A stretch of DNA of 64,000 nucleotides, taken from Lama guanicoe. Lineage: Eukaryota. Both the position numbers and the translations under genes were made by a program. Below, piece by piece: positions 23,517 to 37,059 of the stretch. The stretch lies in the NCBI GenBank assembly GCA_013239625.1, contig MU053216.1, positions 1,638,943 through 1,702,942 on the forward strand, given 5' to 3'. The notes beneath the pieces were generated by a model. It was not told where the DNA came from, searched no databases, and saw only the letters and a program-made list of their open reading frames with translations. How positions within the stretch are numbered: position 1 is the first letter of the stretch; every line of letters starts with the position of its first letter.

Positions 23517-25759
23517 ATAACTTACAAACCAGACACCTGAAGAAATACAACGACTTACAGGCTGGTGGGATTATTTTTGGAAAAAGATTAGGAAATTTGG
23601 GAAAATAGAAAGAAGACAATGGACATAACAGACAATTCTACAACTAGAGAAAGTCCCCACTGCTGTTCTGACCACGCCCTTTCCACCTTTTCCAGTCTCA
23701 GTATATTTATCTAACTGGGGTCACACTCTCTACTCTCTTTTGTCCTAATCCCTTCTGTCTTTTGTATCTCTCCGAAGCAAATTTTCAAGTTGCTAAAAAT
23801 TCTTTGAAAAATTAATGACTGCCTAACGCTACCATTTGGGTGAAATAACTCGTTCAATGATACTTTCATCACTGGACGTTTAGTTGCTTCTGGTTTTTCC
23901 CTGCTACAGCCAGTGTATAGACACAGCTTTTGTTCCAAATCTAGACTTGCTAAGTTCACTGGTCTTTTCCTTAGCGAGCTCACGCAGGTCCCACTGCAGG
24001 GGTTCTCAAAGACATGTGTTCCAGTCTGTTTCAGTGTCTTGCACCCCGAGGTGCACGTCTGTCTAGCTGGGGCCCAAGGGGACGTCCAGCTCTGGACGCA
24101 CAACAGGGACTGGGCGATGAGTCTGGCTTAGTAATGTTCGGTCAGAAAGAATGAATGAACAGTTATCTTACTAAAATCGAAATCAGGGGATTTTGCTGAA
24201 GCTGCTTTCAAAACATGAATGACCCAGGCTGACATAAGGAAAGAATAAGGATTGCAAGGTTTGGTTTCTAGATGATTGTTTTGGAGTTTTTCCAGTTAAA
24301 AAAGTGTTATTTGCTAGTACTAAGAGTATGCCAAAAAATACGTCTTCAAATGCAGAAGAGAGAATCAGGTTTCACTGTCCCAAGTCAAAAGGAAAAGAAC
24401 TCCTTTCTATCCAATCTCTGAGGCTCTGGCCACCTGCCTGCTATTTCTCTTTGATTTCACACTTTGGCCTGGCCTCCAGGCAGACACTGTCAGGACCCGG
24501 ACAAAGAATAAAGCTGCCAAAATCACCCTTTCACCTGCTTTTCCAGGCAAACCAGCCGTCTCAAGTCTATATGTAGAGGATCCCTAAAATTAACCTTTGC
24601 TTATAGGAATTATTGGTTTTGTGTCACATTTCTTACAGGAATAGCTCTCCCTGATTATAAGCCAACAATATTCATGGAATGTACAATAAATAGAAGCTAG
24701 CTCCCTGAACCTTCAAGCTCATAGAATTTTAACACAATTGGGTTCATTTCTTGGCAAAACCAACCATAGGCAAATTTTAGAAAAAGACGAAATGTGGCTC
24801 TGGATGGTCTTGCATTAATGTTCTGGGGTTCTTACACATCCTTCCTTCTCTCTATAAACGGGGAATCTACATGGTTAGTAGGAACTTGGGTGATCCCGAA
24901 GCAGGCGACAGACACGTGAGGGCAGGAAGCAGGGAAGGTGGGGTGTGAGTGCCACGCGGGGGCCACGGGACTGTCGTGCCGAGGTCGGGCTTTTCCTGTG
25001 CTTCCTGCAACAGAAGCAGGAGGCCCACGGTCTGCCTCCAGCCGGGCCACGTCCACTCTCCAACTGGTCAGCCACTCACCCACCCGCCCATCCCTCACTC
25101 ATTCACCCAATCATTTAATAGATCTTAAATAGACACTCATTTAGGATATTGAACCATGGCGGGGTGAGGGGTGGGGAGCCCTCAGGGTGGAAAGGACTAT
25201 ATATTTGCCCACGAATTTCTAGTACGGAATTTGGGCACATTAACAAGCAACCACAGTATGACGTAAAATTCAAGAAATACTAAAAGATAAAATTTTTTTG
25301 GAAGTTTTTTTTTAAAAACTTACTTGCTTCTACCTCATTTGGTTTCAAAAAATGATTAGGCGTGGCTCCAGAGACACATATGACACAGCAGAATGCAGGT
25401 AAAGCAGGCGAGGAGGCCAGAGGGGCGGGACAGCAGGAAAAAGGATGAAGCCAGAGCCAGCCCCGCGCACAAAGCATCCGTCCTAAGCACACGTGTGAGT
25501 AGAGGTGGGCTGCACATTTGGGCCTGAGCTTTCTCGGCTGCCAAAGAAAAACGCATCCCGCTCTGCGGCAAATTCACTGTACGCACAGATACAAAGGTGC
25601 TTGGAATCAAGGCCTGGGAAAAATCTCTTTCATGGCTCTTCATTTAGGCTACATTCATGATGTAGTGGACACTGTTCCCAACCGCACTCCTTCCAAGCAT
25701 ACAGAGTTGTGTCCACAGAGCCGTCTCCTCTAATGCAAACAGTGCTCTTTGGTGAAAGC

Positions 25760-26985
25760 AGCTCCAGGATGGCCGCCTGCAAAAGAAGGAAGCTGGACCT
25801 TCACCTCACACCAAATGCAAAAATTAACTCAAAATGGATCAAAGACCTGAAAGTCAAGAGCTCGCATTAGAGAACTGTTAGAAGAAAATGCAAGGTAAAC
25901 CTCTGTGACCTTAGACTCGACACCGGGTTCTTCTACGGGACAGCAACGCACAGACAACGACCACCCATCAGTCACTGGAGTCCGCGGCAAGGAGAGCTTC
26001 TGTGCTTCAAAGGAAAAGTGAAGAGCAAAAAGCCTGCCCGGAGAACGGGAGAAAACATTCGCAAACAGAAGGAGCTTTTCCTAGAACTTGTAATGAACTC
26101 CTACAGCTCAGTAATAAAGAGACCGACAGCCCCGCTGGAACAACGGGTGAAGGATCAGAACAGGCGTTTCCCCAAAGGAAATATGTAAGCAGCCAGCAGC
26201 TCATGGAAAGATGCTCAGAACCGTCAGCTGTCAGAGAAATTAACACGGAAGCCCCGGCGAGGCAGCACTCACCGTGAGCAGGATGGCTGCGTCACCGTCA
26301 GATGATCGCCGTGGTCAGAGGCGATGGTGGGCTGGGGCCTCGGACCGCTGGGCAGACACACGGGGGCCGCGGAAAATAACCGGCAGCTCCTCAAAAATTT
26401 AGACATAACGAGACTATTTGCAGTTCAACTCTGAGCCTTACATGCAAGAGAAACGAAAACATATGTCCACACAGAACCTGTACGTGAACGCCTCTGGCTG
26501 CGTTATTTACAATACCCAAGCGTGGGAGGCACCCAGGTGTCCATCAGCCGGTGGATGGATAAATAAAACGTGGACTGTCCACACAGTGGAATATTCTTCA
26601 GCCACTAAGAGGGGTGAAGTGCTGATACGCACTACAGGCTGGATGAACTTTGAAAATACCATGTCAAGTGGTGAAAGAAGCAAGTCACAAAAGACCACGT
26701 ATTCCATTTGTTTGAGAGGCTCAGATTGGGCAAATCTGTAAAGACAGAAAGCAGATTAGTGGTTGCTTAGGATGAGGGGAGACAGACCGGGTAGAGGTGA
26801 CAACTACAAGGTACGGTTTTGAGGGGGTTTGGCGGGGGTTTGGCGGGGGTTAGGTGATAAAAATGTTCTAAAATTGATTTTGCTCCTGAATGTACAACTC
26901 TGCATTTTAAAAACGAAAACCATTGAATTGTACACTTTAAATGAGTGAACATTTACGTCTCAGTAAAGATGTTATCAAAAAAACA
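25760..26985 (+). mobile_element. Old L1 (L1MB-like) ORF2 end plus 3' UTR
   Basis: AAAATTAACTCAAAATGGATCAAAGACCT, GGATGGATAAATAAAACGTGG...CACACAGTGGAATATT, CATTGAATTGTACACTTTAAA; reading frame destroyed. Confidence 0.88.
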
Positions 26986-27459
26986 ACTTAAGGAGCTGTC
27001 AAAGTGTTGTAATCAAGTATGTGGCCCCCTATGGCCTGGCTCAGCCCAAGACAAGCGAGAACACCTAGAAACAGACAGGCTGCCTGTCTTCCTGGACGTC
27101 CCCCGTTCCCAGCATCTCTCACGCGTGGGCTCTGATAAGAAGGGGGCACCACAGAATTCAAGCTACACTTTCTGGCAGGATCCTAGGATGCAGTTACTTT
27201 TTGATGATTAAGGATAAATTCACATCCCTTGCGATCCAAAACCAGACTTCCTCCACAGGGCCTGAAGGTTCCAAGACACTCTGTTGAAAGCGCTTTGAGG
27301 TCTCTGGACCACGGGACTGGCTCAGGACTGGAAGCAGAGATAAAACGTTCAGAGCGACGTCAGCCAATGACCAGGATAACTGCGTAATGTGGAGTGAACA
27401 GCTCCCCTGGCCGTGACCCCACGCACCACAGCGAACCGAAGTGATACAAATGGGAAAAA

Positions 27460-27810
27460 CGGTATCACTCATCTGTGGCATCTAAAAAAAGACACAAATG
27501 AGCTCATCTGTAAAACAGAAACCAATTCAGACATAGAAAATAAACATGCCTACCAGGGGGAAAGCGGGTGGGAAGGGATAAATGGGGAGTCTGGGATTTG
27601 CAGACACTAACTACTACACATAAAACAGATAAACAACAAGTTCCTACCGTACAGCACAGGGAACTATATCCAATATCTTGTAGTCACCTATAGTGAAAAA
27701 GAGTATGAAAAGGAATACATGTCTGTTCCTAGATGACTGAAGCACTGTTCTGTGCACCAGAAACTGGTAACATTGTAAACCGACTCTACTTCAACTGGAA
27801 GAAAAGGAAA
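27460..27810 (+). mobile_element. L1 3'-end fragment
   Basis: GGGTGGGAAGGGATAAAT, CAGCACAGGGAACTATATCCAATATCTTG, CATTGTAAACCGACTCTACTTCAA. Confidence 0.88.
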
Positions 27811-30800
27811 ACGTTATGTTATACACCTTAAACTTACACAATGTTATATGCAAATTATAGCTCAAAACTGGAAATGATTACAGTTAAAAAATAGTGGTAT
27901 CTGCTCTGGTTTCTTAAAGTTCGTAGGTGAAAAAGCCACAGTAACTAAACAAAATAAAAAAGTCTTTGGAAAGACGGATGTTCAGGGAAAACAGTGTCTC
28001 ACAAGCTCTGGGCTGCTCACTGGCACCTGCTTCATGTTATTTCGTGTGACGTGTAGAATATACAAATGCCTCTATTCTTCCACCAAAAATAACTACGATA
28101 AAAAGGTGGGGGCAAAGGCCATCTTGCTCCAGGCGTCACGACCTTGGATAACTCTCCGCTGTGAACCACTCGTCTGGTCAGAAGGGGCGCAGGAGAGGAG
28201 CGCTGGGGCAAGCAAGATGGTCTTGTCCGTCCAGAGGGCCCCGCTGGCTGTGTCGGCCCTGCCTGGACGCAGAGCCCGGCCCCGTCCTCACCGGCTGGCT
28301 GGCTCCGGGTGCCTCGTAACACGAGGCTGGATTCGGTCACAAACGTCACACTGGAGGAGACGGCCCAGGCCCAGCTCTGTCACCTGGAAGCTCACCTCTC
28401 TGCGTCTGCCTTCTGCAGACAATTCTCCCTTGGGTTCGAGCCTCCTCCCCAAATCAATTATTTTGAAGACTTCTAAAAAGAAGCCAACACGACCAGACTG
28501 CCTGCTGCCTGCAGAAGATGTGCAAGGTGAGCGGACAGTGATAGTGAGTTCAAGGTCTCAAGATGAGTTGTTTTCAAAGTGACTTTTCTTAAACATGCAG
28601 GAGAGTCGCCTTATCCGCATATCCCAGCAGAGGCTCGAAACTGCACACCAAGGTGGGGTGACGGGGGGGCCCCACCGCTGCTACTCACCGCTGGGCCCAC
28701 TAAATCTCTCTGGGCCCAGTTTTCCTCATCTGCAAAATAAAAAGGCAGGGCTATTTTACAGTCACTGGGAGATGGTATTTAAGGCGTTTTCTAGCTGCAG
28801 CATGTATACCCGTCTTAGCTGATCCCATTCATCAGATGTGGGAGAGATCAGACTTGAGCCAGAACACAGAATTTTGTCTCCACCAAGAACGGCCTTGGCA
28901 CTGGGAAGGGTGGCTGAGCATGATGCCCAGCTGGGATGCCAGAGCCTCGGCAGGAAGTTCAGCCTCGGACCCCGGTCCTTGCGCTGGGGTTACGGCTCCT
29001 GACGGAGGAAGGAAGCCACCCCAGCTGGCCAGGGCCCAGCACGACTCATCAGCGGTCTCGCCCAGCCTGAGACTACGGCTCCGGGCATCAGCCACTGCAG
29101 GGTTCTGCTGCTGGAACGAGACACCTGCTCACTCTCTTACATGTCAGCTACTATCTTATGAATATTCACGAGTGCCTGCTATGCACCAGGTCCCAAGACT
29201 ATAGCAGTGACCAGACTGACAAGCTTAGGAGAGGGGAAAGGAAGGAAGAAATGAACACTTACGATCATGATCAATATGGGAAGAGCTGCCCTGGGGGTAG
29301 GGAGGACGTCTGATGGATGCACTGGTGGAGAGCTAGGGTGACCGTGACCTCGAGAGTCAGGCCAGCAAGGGCCCCCCGGTGGAGGTGACGCTGGACGTGG
29401 GACCCGCGGGCTGGAGGAAGCTGGCCTGGCGAGGACAGGGCAGCAGGAAGAGGACACAGTCCCTGGTCTGGAGAGGTTTGGGGTGTTGGGGACCCACAGA
29501 GCAGGGTGGTGGAGCCAGGGAAGCGGAGGGGGTGGAGGGAGAGGGGCGGGCAGCAGGTGGAGAGAGGCTGGACCAACTTGCCAGGGCCCGGAATACGAGC
29601 AGGAGTCTGTCTGGACTTGACTCTGATGCGGTGAAAACCACTGAAGGGCTTAGAGGAGTGAGGTGGGTGTGACCACGGGTTTTCAGATTACTCTGGAGGT
29701 TGTGAGGAACATGGGCCAGAGAGGGTGGGAGTGGAGGGAGTGGGGGTTATTCAGAACTGATCAGAAGGAGTGGGATGGGGGTTCAATCCAGTTTCCTCAA
29801 AAATCATTAGCCAGTTGCACCAGGTTGTTAACGAGCTTGTCTTTCCTTGATCCTTCTTAATTTACGTTCGACATCCCCCACGGACACCGATCTGTTTTCA
29901 GGCTGTTTCGTCCATCACTTACCTCCGTGCCGGCGCCAAGGTGTTCCAACCGTGGTTATTTTCTCACGTTCTGGGCTACGTGGCAGAGCTCACGCCCATT
30001 GCCTAGCAGTTGCAGGGGCGTCTCGAGCGCTCTCAGGCCAGCATTTTCAGACTTTGCAGCACATACGCTCCCAGGTGATTTAACAGGCAGCAGCGCTTGG
30101 GAATTGCTGACTCACGTGTTTTTTTCTGGATGAAGTTTACCAGGATGTTGTCAAGCCTCGCCCCCTCCAAAGTCTTACTGCTGTTTTCACCGGGCCTGAC
30201 CACGTCTTGCAGCTTAGAAATAACTCAGGGAGAATCAACCTCTTCACAACGTTGCGTCTTCCTAAAGACACACGTCCTTACCCGACAAGCGTTTCACGGG
30301 TTCTTGCCCCTTTCTTTCTGTTACGCCCTTCAGGGCTCTGTCTCGTCCGGGACGGCTGCGGCTGCGAGCTTTTCTCCCACCACGGTGTCAGCCCTGCTGC
30401 GTACGGACTGGCGTGCTGGTGGTTTTATTTTTTAACCTGTTTTTAACCTACCGCTCTGCGCTTTGTGTGGTCTCCATCACTTTTGCACAAGTAAATGGGA
30501 TTCCCTTCTCCCATCCAAATCATATTTATTAATTTAATTCTTTTAATTATGATTAGAAAAGGCAGACTTCTGCCTCCCCTTCAGTTCACCCTCTTCAGCT
30601 CCCGCCACCGTCACTTCTGCCCAGCAGGGAAACTGTTTTCACGTCTGGGAACCCTACCACCACTTTCTCCGGACTCCTCTTGTGGCCTCACGCAATACGG
30701 CGCTCCTGCAGCTGAGTTTCCCATAAACATCATGCCCGTAGCCCTTATCTCAGTAACTTCTCAACATACTAAGCACACAATAAATTTTGTGAATAAATGA

Positions 30801-30877
30801 ATAAAGGAATGACAGCTACCTAGAAGAAACAGGTGAACTGATAAAAGAACAAAATTAATGACCCTCTGACTTAGCTA

Positions 30878-31528
30878 CAGTTGGGCCTCCATGTCTGTGG
30901 GTTCCATAGCCATGACTTCAACCAACCGCAGATTGAAGTATCAAAAAAAAAAAAATCAGGAAAATTCCAAAAGGCGGAACTTGAATTTGCTGCACACCAG
31001 CAACTATTTGCACAGCATTTACATTTACTGCATTTACAACTCTTGACGTGGCATTTACAACTCGAAAAAGACAACAGGTTTAACATTAGAGATAATTTAA
31101 GGTATACAGAGGGAGGGTAATACTGCAGTGGTAGAGCGCATGCTTAGCACACACGAGGTTCAACTCCCAGCACCTCCATTAAAAAAAAGGGGGGTATAGC
31201 TCATGCCCAGCACGCACGAGGTCCTGGGTTCAATCCCCAGTATCTCCATCAAAAAAATAAGGAAACCTAATTACCTTTCCCCTGCAAATAAATAAATACT
31301 ATTTTTTTAATTAAAAAAATAGAGGTTTGCGGCAAGGACATGGATTATCAGGGAAGATTGATTTTCTAGTCAAAAAAACCCAAAAAAAGGTATCCGAAGG
31401 ATGTGTGCAGGTTACATGAAAATGCTGCGTCACTCTGTACAAGGGACTCGAGCATCTGCGAACCCGGTACCCCCAGGATGGGGGAGGGGTCCTGGAACCA
31501 GTCCCTCTCGGATACCCCGAGGTGACTG
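30878..31528. mobile_element. MER2-like TcMar-Tigger non-autonomous DNA transposon, split by a SINE insertion
   Basis: Starts TA|CAGTTGG and ends GACTG|TA (TA target duplication, CAGT...ACTG termini); internal GGGTCCTGGAACCAGTCCC, AAGGGACTCGAGCATCTGCG, TTCAACCAACCGCAGAT. Confidence 0.8.
31111..31388 (+). mobile_element. Tandem (dimeric) tRNA-derived SINE nested in the MER2-like element
   Basis: Two consecutive, internally deleted tRNA-like heads (about 31111-31188 and 31189-31250) with one tail; AAGGTATACAGA / AAGGTATCCGAA flanks. Confidence 0.8.
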
Positions 31529-32065
31529 TACAACCACAGTTATCTGATACACTTTGTGCAGAAGTTCACATACGCTAACAGTCAGGATCTAGTAGCGTGC
31601 TGTGGGAAGACGTCCTGGGTCCTGAGTTGACTCCTTCAGTCAGTCACTCATTCCTGCAGTCGTAATGCCCTACAACGTGCCGGGAACTGTGTCGGGTGGG
31701 TGCACACTAGTAAAACTCAGAAGCATTCATCTTTGCTGTCCTACAGACTCTGCGGGAAAGCAAAGAAGTAAATACAAAAAGAATGCTCGCGAGCTACCAC
31801 GCTTTGCCGTAGAAATCTGAACGTGGCGAACTAAGGACACAGAGAAAAGGGCCGTCAGTCCCAGGCGGGAGGAGGGCGCCCCGGGACAGAGACAGTAACC
31901 CTTGACCTGAGCCTGATATTTTATCACCTACTCAGATTAGGGAAGAAGGGGTGCTTATCACACCTACAGATAATGCAGAACCTGGAGTGACACACCAGAC
32001 GGCAAACTCAGGGAGTAAAAGAAAATTGTGAGCGGACTCCTTCTAGGAATTTACACGAAGGAGGT

Positions 32066-32136
32066 GACTGCACGGGGAGGGGGCGAGAGCACGGGAGGGG
32101 GCGACTGCACGGGAAGAGGGCGACTGCACGGGAAGG
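32066..32136. repeat. G-rich minisatellite, about 3.8 copies of an 18-19 bp unit
   Basis: GACTGCACGGGGAGGGGGC / GAGAGCACGGGAGGGGGC / GACTGCACGGGAAGAGGGC / GACTGCACGGGAAGG. Confidence 0.9.
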
Positions 32137-33419
32137 TGCTCATCCTCGTCCTGCTCATAAGGGTGCGGCGACCTGGAAACCCGCGTCACAGACGTCACAG
32201 GACCCTCCAGAATCGTTAAACATGACGTTGCCTTCTCTGTCTGTCCCCTGCGAAGACGCACACGGCAAGAGAAACAGCGTGCTGCAAAACAGAACAGAGC
32301 GTGGCCCTGTTCTAAAAACGTACATTCGTATCAATATGCATGGAGTTTCTTTCTGTAATTAACAAAAGAGGGATCATACAGTTTGGCAATTTTCTTTTTT
32401 ATGTGTTATGTCACAGACCTCTTTCTACACTTAAAAATGACTAAACATAATTGCCATTGCAACTGTAAACTGACTGATAAATAACTGTCCTCTTTGATAC
32501 TATTACAAACAAATTTGCATACTTTTTTAGAAGGCACTCACTCCTAGAGAGAAGAATTTGGGGTGATTTTCACTTTCCCCTTTGTACTTTTACCACCTGA
32601 AAATGAACATTTTTTAAAAAAGCAATAAACTAATCTTTCAATCATAAAAAGCTGGTCTACATACCAAAACAAAGGTGACGCTCTGATTTCCTATCTTCCA
32701 AATAAAGCACACAAGAGGGAGGGGAAAGTGACAGTCTGCGTGAACCACGTCTGGGGTTTCAGTTCATCTCACGCACAAGCTCAGCCTCGGTGCAGAACCC
32801 CATGGGATGCTGTCGCGGCCAACATCCTAAAGCAACTTTAGGCGATGTTAACAGAGTTAGAACATGCTGACCACTGCTCTGCGAGCTTGTCCGGCCGCTT
32901 GCGGATTCAGCTCCAGGTCTGCACTACAGTCAGAGACACTACAATCCAGGGCGTGCCCAACCAGGACAGAGATCGGAGACACTGGCACAGCTCAGTGTCA
33001 AGAGGACACCCACCAATTAGCCTGGAAAAAAGATGCAAGAGGGCACACGCCTCCGTGAGACAACATCTCCGTGAGCTGTCCATGGAAGACAGCACAGAGT
33101 TCTTCTGTGTTGCCCCCAAGAGCAAAACTAGGGCGAATGAGTGGGATTCACCCAGAGGCAGAGCTCCGCCCTGTGACACACTACAGACCAGAGCGGGCTG
33201 CCCACAAAGCAGCCGGTGCGGAAAGGTCCCCATTGCTCTAAGTGCTCCAAGCGGGCAGGCGACCCCCGACACGGAAGTGATGGTGCCGGGGGATTGTTCC
33301 CGACGACATCCAAGGTCCCTTCTGATTTTGAGACTATAGGCGTGTTTTTCCTCTGTGAAGACACATCCTCCTTGACCCCATTTTCTGCTCACTTCAACTA
33401 CAGCAGAACGGACTGTCAG

Positions 33420-33755
33420 TGGGAGTGTCATTCTAACTAAAGCCAGAAAGAGATAGAACACCATCTGACACAGCTTACATGTGGGATCAAAAAAGGCCAC
33501 AAATGAGCTTAGCTACCAAATAGAAACAGACTCACAGACACAGAGAGCAAAGTCATGTCATCAGCGGGTAGAGGATGTGGGAAGGGGTAAGCTGGGAATT
33601 TGGAAACTGCACCTCCCGGGGAGCGGTGGAAACGTGCGCTCCCCTGACTGCGGTGCTGGTTCCGTGGGTGTGCACCTATCAGAGCTCATCAAATCGTTCA
33701 TCACGAGCACGCGCACTTTACGGTACAGGAATCGTCCACAATAAAGGTGGTTTTT
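33420..33755 (+). mobile_element. Degenerate L1 3'-end fragment
   Basis: GTCATTCTAACTAAAGCCAGAAAGAG...TTACATGTGGGATC...ATAGAAACAGACTCACAGACA, ending in CAATAAAG. Confidence 0.65.
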
Positions 33756-34651
33756 AAAGTGGGTTTTTCTTCAGAAGGCAGTTCTGGAAACTCCTAGTCA
33801 TCCTTTGAAACTTGCATAAGGCACTCAGGACAGTACCAGGCATCTCCTTCAGAAACCGTTCCTGGCTTGTCCTGGCGCTGTGGAGCAATGACTGATTCCC
33901 CCCGACAACCTGTGTGCTCTGTGCCCATCTTCCTGTCTCCCCTCCCCGCTGGCTGACTCCTCGAGGAGGGCCTGAAGCTTAGCGCTGCTGGGCCCCACGC
34001 CTGGCGCCAGCTGGGCACACCGCCGGCCGTGATGAACGCTCCAGAAGCCGGCTGGAGGCTCGGGGCTCCCCCGACGCCCCATCAGCTGCCTACAAAGGAG
34101 TTGGGTCACTTCTCCTTTCAGGTTTCTCCCGCCGACAGGGTGGACTCCGCGGTGCCGAGCCGTGCTGGTGGCCACAGAAGAGAGCCTCAGAGGAAAGCTG
34201 TCTGCTCTGAGGGACAGTTACTTTCACCCCTTAAATCCCAGTGTTGTCTCCCTTCCATTTCAAGCTCCCAAAGAGGAGTTCTTTATGGGAACAGCTGACT
34301 TTGGTGCAGTCATTTCTGCGCGTGTCCGTCCCCTATCCAGAGCCCCGCAGAGTGGCATCCTTGCCTTTCTGCACAGGGATCCTGTCCTCTGAACCTTGTT
34401 TACTGTCCTGAACTATAAAAAGGAGCCATTATCATTACGTCTGTTATTCAGGATAACCTATACTGATGCTGACGAGATGTTATAAACCAAAGATCAGAGC
34501 CTGTGTTCAGTGGTACAGGGAAACACTGGGATGAGGCAGAAACTGGGTGGTCACAACTAACTGGGACATAGTGTCTCTGGGTGTCACCCTCTCCTCCCCG
34601 AGTAAAGGGCTCCTGAATGTTGAGCATGTCTCCACCCTTAAAAAAGGACCC

Positions 34652-34800
34652 GGGGGAGGAGGAGGGCATAGCTCAGTGGTAAAATGCGTGCCCAGCATGC
34701 ACGAGGTCCTGGGTTCGATCCCCAGCACCTCCATTAAAGATAAATAAACCTGATTTCCTCCCCACCCCTGCAAAAAAATAACAAATAAAAGAATGAAAAA
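34652..34800 (+). mobile_element. tRNA-Ala-derived SINE (vic-1-like)
   Basis: CATAGCTCAGTGGTAAAA...GCATGCACGAGGTCCTGGGTTCGATCCCCAGCACCTCCA plus bipartite A-rich tail. Confidence 0.92.
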
Positions 34801-36660
34801 GAGCCGGCGGTTCACAGAAGCATGGTGCCCCACTATGTTTCACCCCATTCCGTGGGATGGAAAACGCTCCTGGCCCTGGGTCTGAATTCCTGGCTCCGTG
34901 ACCTACTAACCTGCAACCCTGGGCAAGTCAGCTGACTTCTCTGAAGGATGTAACACGTCCAACACGTGATACATGCTAGGCCCTCTCCTGCTTTCCTCAG
35001 CTCCTGGGAGACACTGAAACGATCACTTAACAAAACCGAACCAAACTAAACCAAAACAAGATAAAAGTAACTCTAAAAAAAAAAGAAAAAGACAACAGGT
35101 TTAAAATAAATGTTGGCTTCCAAATTCCTGAATAGTTCACTCCAGGAAGTGTGGTCACCTGCAGAATCGGCTGGGTCACACCTGGCCTGGGGGCCCAGGG
35201 CCCCACTGTGGGCGTCAGGACTGGACGCTGTGTGTTTCTTTGGGTCAACTTCCCTGAAGCAAGTTCCCCACTTAGCTCACACTCGGCAACGCTGATTCAA
35301 CTTCTGACACGTGTGCTGACGGACGCCCTCCAGAATCCAGTTCAAACATTGTCGGAGCCATGCTCTGTGTTCCCTCAAACTCAAATGCTGAAGCTTACGG
35401 ATGACCATTCCCGGGAGAAACCCAAGTGCTCTGCAGATCTGCTTATGTGAACGTTTCGCAGCAAGTAACATTGTGTAAGTTCACATTTGTCCAAAAAGGG
35501 TTCCTTGTTTCAAAATCAGTTTACTAGTTTCCTTAGAAATGTTTTTTAAGTTCATTCTTGATGGTTTTTCCCTAAATTTTTCCAAGCTATTAAAGGAAGG
35601 CTGACTAATACATTACGTACAATGTAGACAAAGCTCTAAAAGAAAAACAGTCTAGCTTAAATTTAATGACAATGAAATATGTCTGTGATGTGAGACTATG
35701 TGGAAACAGCAGGGTCTGAAGCCGAAAGTACAGGACGCTCTCCTCTCCCTTTTAAACAGAATATGTGCATATATTCAGGTATGAGAAAGAGACCAGAACA
35801 GTATATACCAGGCTAATAACCCTGGTTATCCCCAGGTTGCAAAATTACAAATGACTTAAAAATTCTTTTTTCTAATTTCTAATTTATGCATCACCTGTCA
35901 CGCAGTCTAAAATGAGCACGTGTCCCTTGCTTAATAGAGGGTGAAAAAAAACCCAAAGTTATTTTTTAAAATATATTTAAAATATGGTTTACTTTAATAT
36001 AATATAAAATATAATCTATTATTAATATGTTCATAATATATATTTTATAAGCCATGATATAAATGTAATATTTAAAATATCTTCTAAGATCTGACTTTTA
36101 AGCTAATGAGCTGGATGGACAATTACGTTAATGTTATTTATATGTAAAGAGCTCTTACAAATCAATAAGACCTCAAGCGCCTTTGTCGGAATGTTTTACA
36201 AAGGGCCTGAACAGATAGTTCACAGAAGGAGAAATTTCAATGTCCAACACAGGTATGAAAAACTAGATCTCAGTCTTAATCGAAGACGTTCAGTTTAAAG
36301 GCAACACACCTCATCAAATGTTCATTAACTGTTGGATGCTGTGCAGAGGAATAAGGCAGTAATGAGAGTCACCAGTTTTTGAGTGTTTACGGACAGTCAC
36401 GCACTGAACTAAGCCTAAAAACTTAAGTAACCTGTAAAAGATGAATCTGAAACCAAACTGGACTCATTTGACTAGAAATCCCAGGCCATCTGTTAGTGGG
36501 GCAGGGAAGAGGGACATTAAGTTGCTTTCCGGGAGTTTGCTTCAAAACACACCACTGGCTAACTGGTCAGAGCCTCCCTCCTGAGAAGCTACTGCCCACG
36601 GAAGAAAATAAGCAGAGAGCAAGCAAACCGAAGTACAAAGTGTGCAAACTGAGATGTGCA

Positions 36661-36800
36661 GGCAGAGGGTACAGCTCAGTGGGACAGTGTGTGCTCAGCA
36701 TGCACGAGGTCCGGGCTTCAGTCCCCAGCACCTCCGTTAAACAAATAAATGAATAAACCTAAGTACCCCCCCAAAAAACCCTTAAAAAATTGTAAATAAA
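36661..36800 (+). mobile_element. tRNA-Ala-derived SINE (vic-1-like)
   Basis: Head plus AAACCTAAGTACCCCCC tail; TSD-like AAACTGAGATGTGCA / AAAGTGAAATGTGTA. Confidence 0.88.
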
Positions 36801-37059
36801 GTGAAATGTGTAAATTAGAGAAATAGTGAAATAAACTAACTTATACCCTAACTTATAGCCTTAAACATGGCTGTTTTGAGGAAGTTGTAACGATCTAGAA
36901 AAGTGCTCGTGACAGAGTATTTTAAGCCAGTGAAACACCCCAGCCAGACAAAGATTTGGTGAAGCAGACAGTTGATAAGCCTCCAACCCTTGGGACAGAG
37001 CTTCCAGGCAACTTTTGTGTCCTACTCTTAAGTATACAGAAGAAAAAACTTTAAAAAAA

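Noticed and set aside
28034..33500. Mid-size ORFs (182, 164, 197 aa) as novel genes
   Set aside because: Ser/Pro/Arg/Cys-rich translations typical of GC-rich non-coding DNA, no domain or exon structure recognised.
35960..36085. Very AT-rich stretch as an origin or matrix-attachment element
   Set aside because: Low-complexity sequence between L1 relics; nothing specific supports a function.
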